Of a DNA stretch of 64,000 nt, positions 20,119-29,232 are shown piece after piece. The notes under the pieces are model-generated. The model was not told where the DNA came from. It searched no databases and saw only the letters and a list, made by a program, of their open reading frames with translations. The position numbers and the translations under genes were made by a program. Origin of the DNA: Escherichia phage tootiki; the sequence record MN850647.1. One strand, 5' to 3'. Within the stretch, counting starts at the first letter, position 1; every line of letters starts with the position of its first letter.

Positions 20119-21534
20119 TTACCAGATGTAACGGTCAATCATTACTGCTTTGAGCATTACGCTGATTGGGTCAAACTTCTCACCACCAAGCAGAGCTTTT
20201 AAAGTGGCTGGAGAGAACCCTGATACCATTGCTACACCATTATCCTTAACAGACACTTCGCAAGTACCATTACGGTTTGCTAAGTACCAGAATACTAGTT
20301 GTGGCATTTCGTATCCAGCTTTTTTGTACTTACTCTGAATTGCTTCAAAGTTTGTACGACCATTTGCACCATCAACCTGATTGAACTCCATATCAGAGAA
20401 GATGATAAGCTTACTTGGCATATCTTTCTGAGTCAAGTTGTTTCTATTACCTACCTCAAGAATACGGTCAAAAGCTGCTTGTAAGTTAGTTGAACCATAT
20501 TCAACATGACGCATTACCTGACGATGACGGTTTCGTAAATCACCACTCAGTTCAATGAAATGAGGGTTTGTTGAATAGACCATTAACTCATCTTTAAAGC
20601 AACCTGTATTGCGTTCTGCTATATACAAGGCAAGTGATACACCAATATCAAGGGCAGTGATTGAGCCAAGATTCACCCAAGACATTGAGCTTGAAACATC
20701 AGTCATACACAGGATGTTTTCACCTTCTGCCATCCAGTTTGGTAGTGCTTTCCACTGCTCATTAGCAACATCTGCATTACCATACTTAATAGATTTAATC
20801 ACATCGTATGGGTAAACAGCACCAGCGTTAATCTTAGCCTCACCCTTTGATAGTGATTCGATGTAAGCTTTGTAACGTTCCCCATCTTTACGGTTAAAGA
20901 GCTTTTGGTAACGTGCAGCAGCAAGTGAGGGAATCTTGCTGTAGTCAATCTTACCAAACTCATTAGCAGAGATTTTTTGCTCAACCGTATCAGACAGTGC
21001 AGATAACAGTGTGCGATACTCCTTCTCGCTTAAGTTTGCAAATTTACAGAAACGTTTTACAAACTGTTTGTGGCGTGGTTTTACTCGTGGCAACCACTTA
21101 GCTGCTAAACCTGCTGTTGCAGGGTCTAGTAATACTGCTTCTAAATGTTTGAAGGCATCTGTCTCAAAACGAGTATCTACAAAGATTTTGAAGTCATCAA
21201 AACGACCCAGTTCTGCAATCTTATCCATAATGCGAAGAACCTGTGTAGGTTCTAAAACCTTATCTTCAATCGCTTGAAGTAAAACAGTTCGGAAAGCTTT
21301 ACGCTCACCCATACCTTCTCGTACATCTCGCATATGCAGTAAAATACGAACTGCAACATCAACATCCTCACGCAAAGCTTTGTAGAACAGGTCTGGTAAG
21401 ATTTCTACATTGCTACGGCTTGAGCCAGCGGATTTGTAGAAGTCTACCAGAGCAGACATTGATGAAGTATGGTTTACAGCACCATTTTCAGTTCGACCTG
21501 CATGAAGGTGCGCATGTTTAAATAACTCGCTCAT
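20119..21534 (-). CDS. vWA/MIDAS-motif protein with helical N-terminal domain (DUF2828-like; Ro60-like architecture)
   Basis: 471 aa; MIDAS-like DVSSSM around residue 275; N-terminal TENGA...S..LVDFY...GSSRS pattern. Confidence 0.55.
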   Translation of the reverse strand: MSELFKHAHLHAGRTENGAVNHTSSMSALVDFYKSAGSSRSNVEILPDLFYKALREDVDVAVRILLHMRDVREGMGERKAFRTVLLQAIEDKVLEPTQVLRIMDKIAELGRFDDFKIFVDTRFETDAFKHLEAVLLDPATAGLAAKWLPRVKPRHKQFVKRFCKFANLSEKEYRTLLSALSDTVEQKISANEFGKIDYSKIPSLAAARYQKLFNRKDGERYKAYIESLSKGEAKINAGAVYPYDVIKSIKYGNADVANEQWKALPNWMAEGENILCMTDVSSSMSWVNLGSITALDIGVSLALYIAERNTGCFKDELMVYSTNPHFIELSGDLRNRHRQVMRHVEYGSTNLQAAFDRILEVGNRNNLTQKDMPSKLIIFSDMEFNQVDGANGRTNFEAIQSKYKKAGYEMPQLVFWYLANRNGTCEVSVKDNGVAMVSGFSPATLKALLGGEKFDPISVMLKAVMIDRYIW

Positions 21535-21615
21535 ATTTTACTCTCTTCTCTCATTTGTTGTTTGATGTGACAGACTTTAGAGCAACTTTGTAGAGTCTGT
21601 CAACATCTTTTAAGA

Positions 21616-21987
21616 TTATTTTTTGAGAGTCGCTACAGCAGAGAACGTTGGTTTGTTATCTGTCTGTTGTTGACCACCATTATCAGGAGTCTTCTTAGTG
21701 TCTGCTGCAAGTGCTTTCATCTCACCTGCTGAGTGAGTAAAGATAGTTTTACCGACCTCAATCATACTCTTGATGGTTACATCATCTGTGTTTAACCCGA
21801 ACTCTGCAAGCTTAGCAGCGTCCCTTGTAACAATCGCCTCAAACAACTTTGCAGCAAACTCAGCAGAATTATCAATGGTCAGTTGAGCTTTTACGAGTGA
21901 GCTTTTGTTACGAGAGCCTTTTGGTCTTCCAGATGGGTTTCCAGACTGGCCTTTTTTAAACTGGCCTTTGTTTGTTCTGTTTTTCAT
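21616..21987 (-). CDS. small protein with GNPSGRPKG motif (DUF5681-like; small terminase candidate)
   Basis: 123 aa; N-terminal FKKGQSGNPSGRPKG, a motif I associate with proteins encoded just upstream of large terminases. Confidence 0.45.
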   Translation of the reverse strand: MKNRTNKGQFKKGQSGNPSGRPKGSRNKSSLVKAQLTIDNSAEFAAKLFEAIVTRDAAKLAEFGLNTDDVTIKSMIEVGKTIFTHSAGEMKALAADTKKTPDNGGQQQTDNKPTFSAVATLKK

Positions 21988-22163
21988 TGGTATGCCTCTT
22001 ATAAGACCTCTTAAAAGGCTTTTAAGATAAAAGATAGATATCCAGAAAGATATCTGTTTAAATAGCCTTTTTAGAGGAACCTTTTAAGTTATCTTCTAAG
22101 TATTTATAAGCCTACACCTTGTCAAGTACTTTGTCAACAACTTTTTTAACTTGCAATAGTTCT

Positions 22164-22192
22164 TGACTTGTTGTATGGATTACTGTACCATC
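22164..22192 (+). promoter_or_regulatory. candidate sigma70-like promoter for plus-strand island
   Basis: TTGACT, 17 nt spacer, TACCAT about 45 nt upstream of first plus-strand ORF. Confidence 0.3.
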
Positions 22193-22236
22193 TTACTTAA
22201 AGCTGTAGGTCTGCCTTGTTCTACAAAGGAGACTTA

Positions 22237-22398
22237 ATGAGAAAATCAAACAACCCGAAGAAAGGTAAAAATACCAATCACTGTAAGGAATCAAAAAGGG
22301 TAGAGTTACTCTACTATTCATCCTCTGAAATTGGTCTGTACCTGTTCTTTCAAAATTACAGAAGACAAGAGGATTATCTATGTGTAGTTCCCAATTAG
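22237..22398 (+). CDS. hypothetical small basic protein
   Basis: start moved to ATG preceded by AAGGAG. Confidence 0.45.
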   Translation: MRKSNNPKKGKNTNHCKESKRVELLYYSSSEIGLYLFFQNYRRQEDYLCVVPN

Positions 22399-22613
22399 AA
22401 ATCGCAGATATTATAGATTTATATCAAACTGCAAAGAGTCATGGCTATATAACCTCAATTGGAAAGAATAGTCACTATGATGCTTTGACTGGAATGTATT
22501 TCAGGGCAATGGCTCAATCTAGTGAACAACACTTAGTAGTTTCTTCCAGTGAGTTTACTTCGTTTCTCTATTGCAGCAAAATTATAAATCGCAGGAGAAC
22601 TGAAAAATGTTAA
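22380..22613 (+). CDS. hypothetical protein
   Basis: 77 aa ORF, overlapping junctions with neighbours. Confidence 0.4.
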   Translation: MCSSQLEIADIIDLYQTAKSHGYITSIGKNSHYDALTGMYFRAMAQSSEQHLVVSSSEFTSFLYCSKIINRRRTEKC

Positions 22614-23197
22614 CAGTAAGTTTTAATTACAATAGTGATGGCTCTGTATCAATTAATTCACCATATGCAAATGACCTGCTTAAAGAGCTAGTCAATCAGT
22701 GTGATAGAGGTCTTCACTATGTTCAAAATTCTTTTAAACAGAAGACTATTGCTAATAACTTGATGCGTGTAACAGTGACGGCATCGAATCTAAATTATGA
22801 CTTTGATAGTGAAAGTCCGTACTCATTAGTTGCGCTTGGAGAGAGCAGCCAATTCAAACTTGTTTGCCACGACTCAGAAACATTCCTTAAGGTATTTTCC
22901 AACCTTATCCATAATAATAAGTACAGCTACGTTGATGGTAGTGTAAACTTCTATCCAGCAAACTATACATGTTTGTTGGTTGATAATATGAGAAAAAGTA
23001 AGCAAGAGCCTACAGAAATTTCATTTGATGTGAACTCTAGTCCAGACGCAGAAACAAGTAAGAACTTTGATATGAGTTACGCATTGTCACTTAGTAAGAA
23101 ATCCGAGTTCATTGATTATGTCAATGGATTTGGTTTTAAGTTTGATGAGAGTATGAATCTTAAAAAACTTAAGAACCTACTTAAGACCAAAGCTTAA
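22607..23197 (+). CDS. hypothetical protein
   Basis: 196 aa ORF with GGAG upstream. Confidence 0.5.
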   Translation: MLTVSFNYNSDGSVSINSPYANDLLKELVNQCDRGLHYVQNSFKQKTIANNLMRVTVTASNLNYDFDSESPYSLVALGESSQFKLVCHDSETFLKVFSNLIHNNKYSYVDGSVNFYPANYTCLLVDNMRKSKQEPTEISFDVNSSPDAETSKNFDMSYALSLSKKSEFIDYVNGFGFKFDESMNLKKLKNLLKTKA

Positions 23198-23244
23198 GTG
23201 TGAATAGGGGCTGATGCCCCTTTAACTATTTATAAGGATATTTA

Positions 23245-23616
23245 ATGAAAGCTAAGAGTGCAAAAGACTTTTATTGCTTCCTACAATCCTATATCAATTC
23301 CGTGCAAAATGGTGAAAGGTACAACCTTAATGATGTTATCCCAACACCTTTGACATGGAGACTCAGCAAATGGCCTGAAGAAGATATTACACCAACAATC
23401 GAACAGCGTACCTACAAACCTGAAATCAATATTCCAGATTCTGAGAACCTATTATATCCAATGTTCCATATTGTTGGACTTGGAAGATTCCTTATGGATA
23501 TCCAGTATGTAATTGGTAAAGGCTATAAGGTTAAAGGTATTGTTGTTGGTGATGTATCTCCGCATCACAAAGGTTATTTTAGACTAAACGCACATTTAGA
23601 GGCTAAAAAGAAATGA
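23245..23616 (+). CDS. hypothetical protein, paralog of N-terminal domain of next gene
   Basis: 123 aa; clear similarity to residues 1-110 of 23613-24497 (both contain FxMDxQYxI). Confidence 0.55.
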   Translation: MKAKSAKDFYCFLQSYINSVQNGERYNLNDVIPTPLTWRLSKWPEEDITPTIEQRTYKPEINIPDSENLLYPMFHIVGLGRFLMDIQYVIGKGYKVKGIVVGDVSPHHKGYFRLNAHLEAKKK

Positions 23617-24497
23617 TTAAAGCAAAGACTTACCCAGACTTCAAAGAGTTTGTGAAGGGTTTCATTGCAAATGTAAAGGCTGGTAAGAGGTATGATTTTA
23701 GAACATATCAAGAGGCTATTTTACCACTTACCTATAGTTCATATTGGCCTGAAGCTGATATTGCAGAAGTTGAGAAGTTTGACTACAAACCAGACTACAA
23801 AGTTCCATTTAGTGATGAATTGCTTTACAGTGTTGGTGCACAGATGAGAACTGCTGATTTCTTCATGGATTTGCAGTATGCAATCATCAATGGTAAAGAT
23901 GTTGACACAATTTACTGTGAATGGTTGGCAAGAGTTAAGCCGTTCTCAATGTTGAATGCTAAGTTGAAGGATGCTATTAAGCCACCAGCAATTACTCAGC
24001 AACCGACAGGTCAAACAGTCAATGAGGGTGGCACACTTACTCTAAGCATTCTAGCAACTAACGCCACTGGATATCAGTGGAAGAAGGATGGTGAGGACAT
24101 CCCTAGTGCCAATTCTGCAACTTACACAAAACAGTCAGTAGCACCTTCTGATGCTGGTTCATACACTTGTGTTGTATCTGGAGAGGGTGGAACAAGTGTT
24201 ACCTCAGATGCAGCAACAGTGACTGTGAATGCACTTCCTGTCATCACTCAACAGCCAACCAATCAAGAAATCAATGAAGGTGAGACCTTAACGTTGAATG
24301 TTGTGGCAACAGGTGCAACAGGTTATCAGTGGAAGAAAGATGAGGAAGACATCCTCGATGCAACTACTGCAACCTACACCAAAGAAGGAGCAACCGCTGC
24401 TGATTCAGGAAGCTACACCTGTGTAGTTACTGGTGCAGGTGGCTCTGTAACATCTAATGCGGCAACAGTTACAGTTAACCCAGCAGGGGAGGCATAA
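23613..24497 (+). CDS. protein with two C-terminal Ig-like domains
   Basis: 294 aa; tandem 80 aa repeats each with YQWKKD...GSYTCVV; ATGA overlap with upstream gene. Confidence 0.6.
   Translation: MIKAKTYPDFKEFVKGFIANVKAGKRYDFRTYQEAILPLTYSSYWPEADIAEVEKFDYKPDYKVPFSDELLYSVGAQMRTADFFMDLQYAIINGKDVDTIYCEWLARVKPFSMLNAKLKDAIKPPAITQQPTGQTVNEGGTLTLSILATNATGYQWKKDGEDIPSANSATYTKQSVAPSDAGSYTCVVSGEGGTSVTSDAATVTVNALPVITQQPTNQEINEGETLTLNVVATGATGYQWKKDEEDILDATTATYTKEGATAADSGSYTCVVTGAGGSVTSNAATVTVNPAGEA
23980..24480 (+). repeat. tandem coding repeat (two Ig-like domain units)
   Basis: two adjacent units of about 245 bp encoding near-identical motif order. Confidence 0.6.
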
Positions 24498-24961
24498 TGC
24501 AACTCTCAAGAAAAGGTTTAGAAGCTATTAAGTTCTTTGAAGGTCTGAAGTTAGAGGCTTACAAAGACTCCGCCGGAATCCCAACAATTGGGTATGGTAC
24601 AATCCGTATTGACGGAAAACCTGTTAAGATGGGTATGAAAATTACTGCTGAACAAGCTGAACAGTATCTTCTCGCAGATGTTGAAAAGTTTGTTGCAGCA
24701 GTGAACAAAGCTATCAAGGTTCCAACCTCTCAGAATGAGTTCGATGCACTTGTAAGTGAAACATACAACATTGGTATCACAGCTATGCAGGATTCTACAT
24801 TTATTAAGCGCCACAATGCTGGTAATAAGGTAGGTTGTGCAGAAGCTATGCAGTGGTGGAACAAGATTACAGTCAAAGGTGAGAAGGTCACTTCAAACGG
24901 TCTGAAAAACAGACGTAGAATGGAAGCTGACATTTATCTTGACAGTGTATATCCAAAGTAA
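24497..24961 (+). CDS. endolysin, GH24 lysozyme family
   Basis: 154 aa; LEAYKDSAGIPTIGYG signature with catalytic E/D/T pattern of T4-type lysozymes. Confidence 0.8.
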   Translation: MQLSRKGLEAIKFFEGLKLEAYKDSAGIPTIGYGTIRIDGKPVKMGMKITAEQAEQYLLADVEKFVAAVNKAIKVPTSQNEFDALVSETYNIGITAMQDSTFIKRHNAGNKVGCAEAMQWWNKITVKGEKVTSNGLKNRRRMEADIYLDSVYPK

Positions 24962-24970
24962 TATCTTCAT

Positions 24971-24999
24971 AGGCTCCTTCGGGAGCCTTTTTTATTTTC
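24971..24999 (+). terminator. intrinsic terminator after endolysin
   Basis: AGGCTCC-TTCG-GGAGCCT hairpin followed by TTTTTTATTTT. Confidence 0.7.
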
Positions 25000-25012
25000 T
25001 AAGGAGAAAACT

Positions 25013-25411
25013 ATGAAGCTTTGGGCTAGTGACTTTGGGACTTTTAAGTACACTCGTAATGGTTCGCTTGTACGCATTGTCGGAAACAATGTGGTTTCAA
25101 GAGGCGACAAGGTGTATACACGGTTTACTGTAGAGCTTGTTGAACTGTCACCTATTGAGTCTGTGAACAATGGCCTGTTCAAGTTTGAGACTTACAATGT
25201 CAATGAGCATGGACAATTCAATCCTCTTGGCGAAAGTGGACTTGATATTATTTCAGAACACCCGTTGACAAAAGAGCAACTTGCAGGTTATTATAAAACT
25301 GTTCTTGAAAGGCAGTTAGCAACACATGAACAAGAAGCTAACTACCATTTACAACATTGCGAAATTTTAAGAGCAAAAATCGAACAAGCAGAGAGAGGTT
25401 TTTATGAATAA
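25013..25411 (+). CDS. hypothetical protein
   Basis: 132 aa, AAGGAG upstream. Confidence 0.5.
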   Translation: MKLWASDFGTFKYTRNGSLVRIVGNNVVSRGDKVYTRFTVELVELSPIESVNNGLFKFETYNVNEHGQFNPLGESGLDIISEHPLTKEQLAGYYKTVLERQLATHEQEANYHLQHCEILRAKIEQAERGFYE

Positions 25412-25799
25412 TAACAGTCATATCCATGTTAAGGTTGATGTCAGCCGTTACAGCGAAAATGAGGAACTAGGCCTGCAAGATGCTCTTCTATTTGAGAAGA
25501 ATGGTAATCTCCATTTGCATTTTGAAGGTACAAACACATATCTCCACAGATGTCGAGATGATGCAGATGGTTGCCCTGTTTTTGCTTGGTATAATTTAGA
25601 GTTTCCACTTTACGCAATCCACTACCCAGATGGTGGAGAAGACTGGACAACTCAATCAATCTTTGATGAGCTTAACGGTATTCCGGTTGAGCAGGAAGAA
25701 CAAGAGCCTGTTGAACTTACCTTCACCTTCGTCAAAGAAGAAACGGTTGGTGATTTGTCAGTAACTGAAGCTATTCAGGTAACACAGGTCATTCGCTAA
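25404..25799 (+). CDS. hypothetical protein
   Basis: 131 aa, overlapping start. Confidence 0.45.
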   Translation: MNNNSHIHVKVDVSRYSENEELGLQDALLFEKNGNLHLHFEGTNTYLHRCRDDADGCPVFAWYNLEFPLYAIHYPDGGEDWTTQSIFDELNGIPVEQEEQEPVELTFTFVKEETVGDLSVTEAIQVTQVIR

Positions 25800-26092
25800 T
25801 GAGTAAAGTACAGGTTATTTTCCCTATTTGTGACTTCTCACTAGAGCGTGAACTTGACCTGTACGAAGAAATTACTGACGAAATCATCTGGTCTGTTGTA
25901 GAAGAGGCTATCAAGAAACTGTATGGTGGCCTCTTAAACCCATCAAGTAAAAAGCTCAATACCAAACAAGTAGCTGATACGTACACGTCATATGATGCCT
26001 ACAACAAACCTTTTGAGAACACCTGCTTTGACCTTATGGTAGGTAATAATAAAGTCAACTACTTCTTCGTCAGAGAGTTTAACGATGAGTAA
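25799..26092 (+). CDS. hypothetical protein
   Basis: 97 aa, ATGA overlap. Confidence 0.45.
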   Translation: MSKVQVIFPICDFSLERELDLYEEITDEIIWSVVEEAIKKLYGGLLNPSSKKLNTKQVADTYTSYDAYNKPFENTCFDLMVGNNKVNYFFVREFNDE

Positions 26093-26429
26093 GCTCCATG
26101 TCACAGTATACAAAAACTTCTCAGATATCAAAGAGTCTTTAACAAATAAGCTTGACTTACAACGTAAAAGACTCTTTTTAATGTACGACATAGACAACTA
26201 CAACCATCCTAAAGAGTTTAACTACAAAGATGGTACAAAGGTTGTCGAATTTGAAGATTCTGTGACGGTGTATGTCAAATATGACTTACCAGCAAAGTAC
26301 ATAGGAATGTTAGAGTATTACATATTCAAACATACAGGTATGCGTGGTGAAGCTGTCAAGATATCTTCTATAGAAGTTTTTGAGAAACCTAACACACAAC
26401 TTAAAAAGTATTTAATGAGGAAACTGTAA
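26085..26429 (+). CDS. hypothetical protein
   Basis: 114 aa. Confidence 0.45.
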   Translation: MSKLHVTVYKNFSDIKESLTNKLDLQRKRLFLMYDIDNYNHPKEFNYKDGTKVVEFEDSVTVYVKYDLPAKYIGMLEYYIFKHTGMRGEAVKISSIEVFEKPNTQLKKYLMRKL

Positions 26430-27010
26430 TGTCCGAAGAGCAACAGGATATCATTCCACAAGTAACACTTGTACAACACTTTGGAAATATTGAAGGGTGT
26501 GTAGCACTTTTTCAACCAAGCATCAACTCTCCTGCAAAAGTTTGCAAGCTGACTATGAATGTTAACAACATCAGTGTTTGCCTTGTTGATGAAGTTCAGT
26601 ACTTCAAGTTTAATGACAGAGAGGTTGATGCTGCACTATTGAAGTACCGAGCAAGCCTCGAAAAAGACATCGACCACAAAGAACTTGTAACACTGTTTGG
26701 TGACCTTCACAAGCTTCTTGAAAAGGTTATGAAGCGTACATATTACATGAACAATGGCTCAATCATCACCACTTTGATTTCACCATGTATTTCAGAGCCG
26801 ATTTTAACTGATGACGGTGGGTACTACGTGGTAGCATCAGCAGACCCTGATTGGTGGATGAAGAACACAGCACTTAAGACGGTTATCGAGGCTATCCGTG
26901 AACATATCCCTTCATTCAGCCCGTGGAAAGGTAAAAGTGATGATTTTATCGCACTATTGAGTGAAGAGAGTAACAAGCGCAGTGCATTACTGCCTAAAAA
27001 ATACTCTTGA
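26429..27010 (+). CDS. hypothetical protein
   Basis: 193 aa. Confidence 0.5.
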   Translation: MSEEQQDIIPQVTLVQHFGNIEGCVALFQPSINSPAKVCKLTMNVNNISVCLVDEVQYFKFNDREVDAALLKYRASLEKDIDHKELVTLFGDLHKLLEKVMKRTYYMNNGSIITTLISPCISEPILTDDGGYYVVASADPDWWMKNTALKTVIEAIREHIPSFSPWKGKSDDFIALLSEESNKRSALLPKKYS

Positions 27011-27093
27011 CCGAGTATACAAAACTGATTATGATGGGAGCTATCGAGAGGTAGTTCCCTTTTTAGTTTCTAGATAAGAGACATGGTAAAAGA

Positions 27094-27312
27094 ATGAAAA
27101 AACTAACTACAGTTGAAGATTACTACAAACTTTCCCTGTTAGAACAGTATCGCAGGAGACAGAATAGCAGAAAATGTTACGGTAAGCACGCTGAAGGTGA
27201 TTTTTACCATTGCTATGATGCAGATTTAAAAGGCGTAACACCTAGAGGGAAAGTCCTGCAAAGACTTGTTGACCTTGAGTGGAACAAACGATTGAGAGGG
27301 GTTGGAAAATGA
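27094..27312 (+). CDS. hypothetical small basic protein
   Basis: 72 aa. Confidence 0.4.
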   Translation: MKKLTTVEDYYKLSLLEQYRRRQNSRKCYGKHAEGDFYHCYDADLKGVTPRGKVLQRLVDLEWNKRLRGVGK

Positions 27313-27812
27313 TTTACGAAGAAAGATACAAGATAGATTTTCAGGATACTTGCCATCATACTTCTTTAAGAGTGACGAAACCAAATGGAGAGGTTGGTAT
27401 CATAGCACATTTTGGTGGTGATTATTGGTATGGTACAGGTTGCTTTGAAGGCTACACTCAAGAATACCTGAAAGCTTTCTACAGAGACTTTGCAAATGAC
27501 TACAACAGAGTTGTTGACGAAAAGAATAAGTGTATTAAGCATGAACACCATGCCAGAGGTTGCCTAAGTATTGTTATGGTACTGGCGTTCTTCTTAGCAA
27601 TGCTACTGGCAGTATCAGCAATTAGCTGCATAGCTCAAGATTTGACCATTACACAGATTACTACAAAGATACATGATATCTGGTACTTGTATGCTGTTCC
27701 TTTAGCTGGTATTATCATCTCACTAATAAGGTTCAGAGTTCATAAGAAACGACTTAAGGATTCTGAGGTTAAACTTGAAGAGGTAAGTAAAGAATGCAAC
27801 CTACAATTATAG
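27309..27812 (+). CDS. hypothetical membrane protein (two C-terminal TM segments)
   Basis: start moved to ATG after GAGGGG; hydrophobic stretches LSIVMVLAFFLAMLLAV and YLYAVPLAGIIISLI. Confidence 0.45.
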   Translation: MIYEERYKIDFQDTCHHTSLRVTKPNGEVGIIAHFGGDYWYGTGCFEGYTQEYLKAFYRDFANDYNRVVDEKNKCIKHEHHARGCLSIVMVLAFFLAMLLAVSAISCIAQDLTITQITTKIHDIWYLYAVPLAGIIISLIRFRVHKKRLKDSEVKLEEVSKECNLQL

Positions 27813-27888
27813 CTGTATGTGTTCGTTTTGCAATCGCTGAAATGATTAACAAGGCAATCTTAAAAGATGCCTATGGAGAGACTAAGTA

Positions 27889-28113
27889 ATGATTAAGACA
27901 CCTGTACCAATTTTTGGATTTCCTTCTATAGAAGAGTTTAAAGTTTATCTTGACAAAAACTTCTACAACGAGCAGCCTGTTACTTTGCTGAAGAGTGACT
28001 TATCAGAGCTTCTTGATATGGTTATTAAGGCAACTTCTGAGAAGGAACCTGAGCAGAAAGCTGAGAAGAAGACTAGTAAGAAATCCGATAAGAAGACTGA
28101 AAAGTCTGAGTAA
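27889..28113 (+). CDS. hypothetical protein with Lys/Glu-rich tail
   Basis: 74 aa. Confidence 0.4.
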   Translation: MIKTPVPIFGFPSIEEFKVYLDKNFYNEQPVTLLKSDLSELLDMVIKATSEKEPEQKAEKKTSKKSDKKTEKSE

Positions 28114-28165
28114 TAGCTTAGGGGTTACTTGATAGCCCCTTTGTAGAAACTTAGAAGGTAGCGAA

Positions 28166-28630
28166 ATGAAAATTAAAGAAGTCGTTCAAAAAGCAATGCT
28201 TGACAACTCAACTAAAGATGAAATGTACAAAGAGATTTGTGATAAGTTGAATTGTTCAAGACATGCTGCTAAGGCTCTTGTACATTGTTTTATCTGGGAA
28301 TGCTCAGAGGCTTATATGCAATATGTAGCTTTTGAAAGTTCTCACTTGCTAGGTGATGTAGAAGTTGGTGAGAAGCTAAAAGAACCTGAGATGAAAACAG
28401 TTCCTAAAGTTGGTAATACATACCCTCTTAAAGATTTCAAGACTGGAAAGATTGTTGCAAAAGGTGTAGTAGAATCTGTCTATCATGATGGTAAATACTT
28501 ACTTAAAATATTTGAGTATGACAGCCACTATACGCACTTATGTGGGATTACATTCTTAGTAACAGAAGAAGACCTTATTAAGAACAACAGCAACAAGTTT
28601 GCAGTACCAGCCTACCAAGTTTTACGATAA
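28166..28630 (+). CDS. hypothetical protein
   Basis: 154 aa. Confidence 0.45.
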   Translation: MKIKEVVQKAMLDNSTKDEMYKEICDKLNCSRHAAKALVHCFIWECSEAYMQYVAFESSHLLGDVEVGEKLKEPEMKTVPKVGNTYPLKDFKTGKIVAKGVVESVYHDGKYLLKIFEYDSHYTHLCGITFLVTEEDLIKNNSNKFAVPAYQVLR

Positions 28631-28643
28631 TGGTGTGATAGCT

Positions 28644-29192
28644 ATGGAAAAAGATAACTTAAAAGAAGTTGAAGGTAACTACCTAGTACTTGACTGGAAC
28701 GATGTTCGAGAAGCACTCTCCGAAGAAAATCTTGACTGGTTCGAACAAATTATCTTTGCAGTACGGCATAACAGAGAAGTTGAAAATGGTAAAGAGCCAC
28801 TTGAAGGAATCTTTGTAGAGAAGTCTTATCCGTTCTATGAAGATACTTTGCAGAAAGTTAAAATGTACTTTAAACAGAAGAACCGTAAAGTGGTCACTAT
28901 GGTATCTTTTGGTGGACAGAGTATGTCTGTGATGGAAGATATCAACCCTAAGAGACCGAGCAAAGGTGTCTGTATAAAAATCACAGGGCATGAAGAGTAT
29001 ATCTCAGTGGACGATTTTAGTGTGTTCTGTAATGGTTCTGCTGTCTTTAATGGGTTTCACTATGATATCCGAGTGTACCCAATCAAGGGAGATGATATCA
29101 TGATGCAGATATTCGATAACAACAATGGATTTACTCATTTTTATCAGACAACCAAGTCATCATTAAAAACAGTTCTGGAAACACTGATTTAA
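28644..29192 (+). CDS. hypothetical protein
   Basis: start moved to first ATG downstream of previous stop. Confidence 0.45.
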   Translation: MEKDNLKEVEGNYLVLDWNDVREALSEENLDWFEQIIFAVRHNREVENGKEPLEGIFVEKSYPFYEDTLQKVKMYFKQKNRKVVTMVSFGGQSMSVMEDINPKRPSKGVCIKITGHEEYISVDDFSVFCNGSAVFNGFHYDIRVYPIKGDDIMMQIFDNNNGFTHFYQTTKSSLKTVLETLI

Positions 29193-29200
29193 AATATCTT

Positions 29201-29232
29201 AAGAGCCTCCTTAATTGGGGGCTTTTTAATTT
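29201..29232 (+). terminator. intrinsic terminator at end of plus-strand island
   Basis: AGCCTCC-N7-GGGGGCT hairpin followed by TTTTTAATTTTT. Confidence 0.55.

Noticed and set aside
21571-21605. Perfect 8 bp inverted repeat GACAGACT-N17-AGTCTGTC as a terminator
   Set aside because: No adjacent U-run on either strand; more likely an RNase processing or regulatory hairpin, function undetermined.
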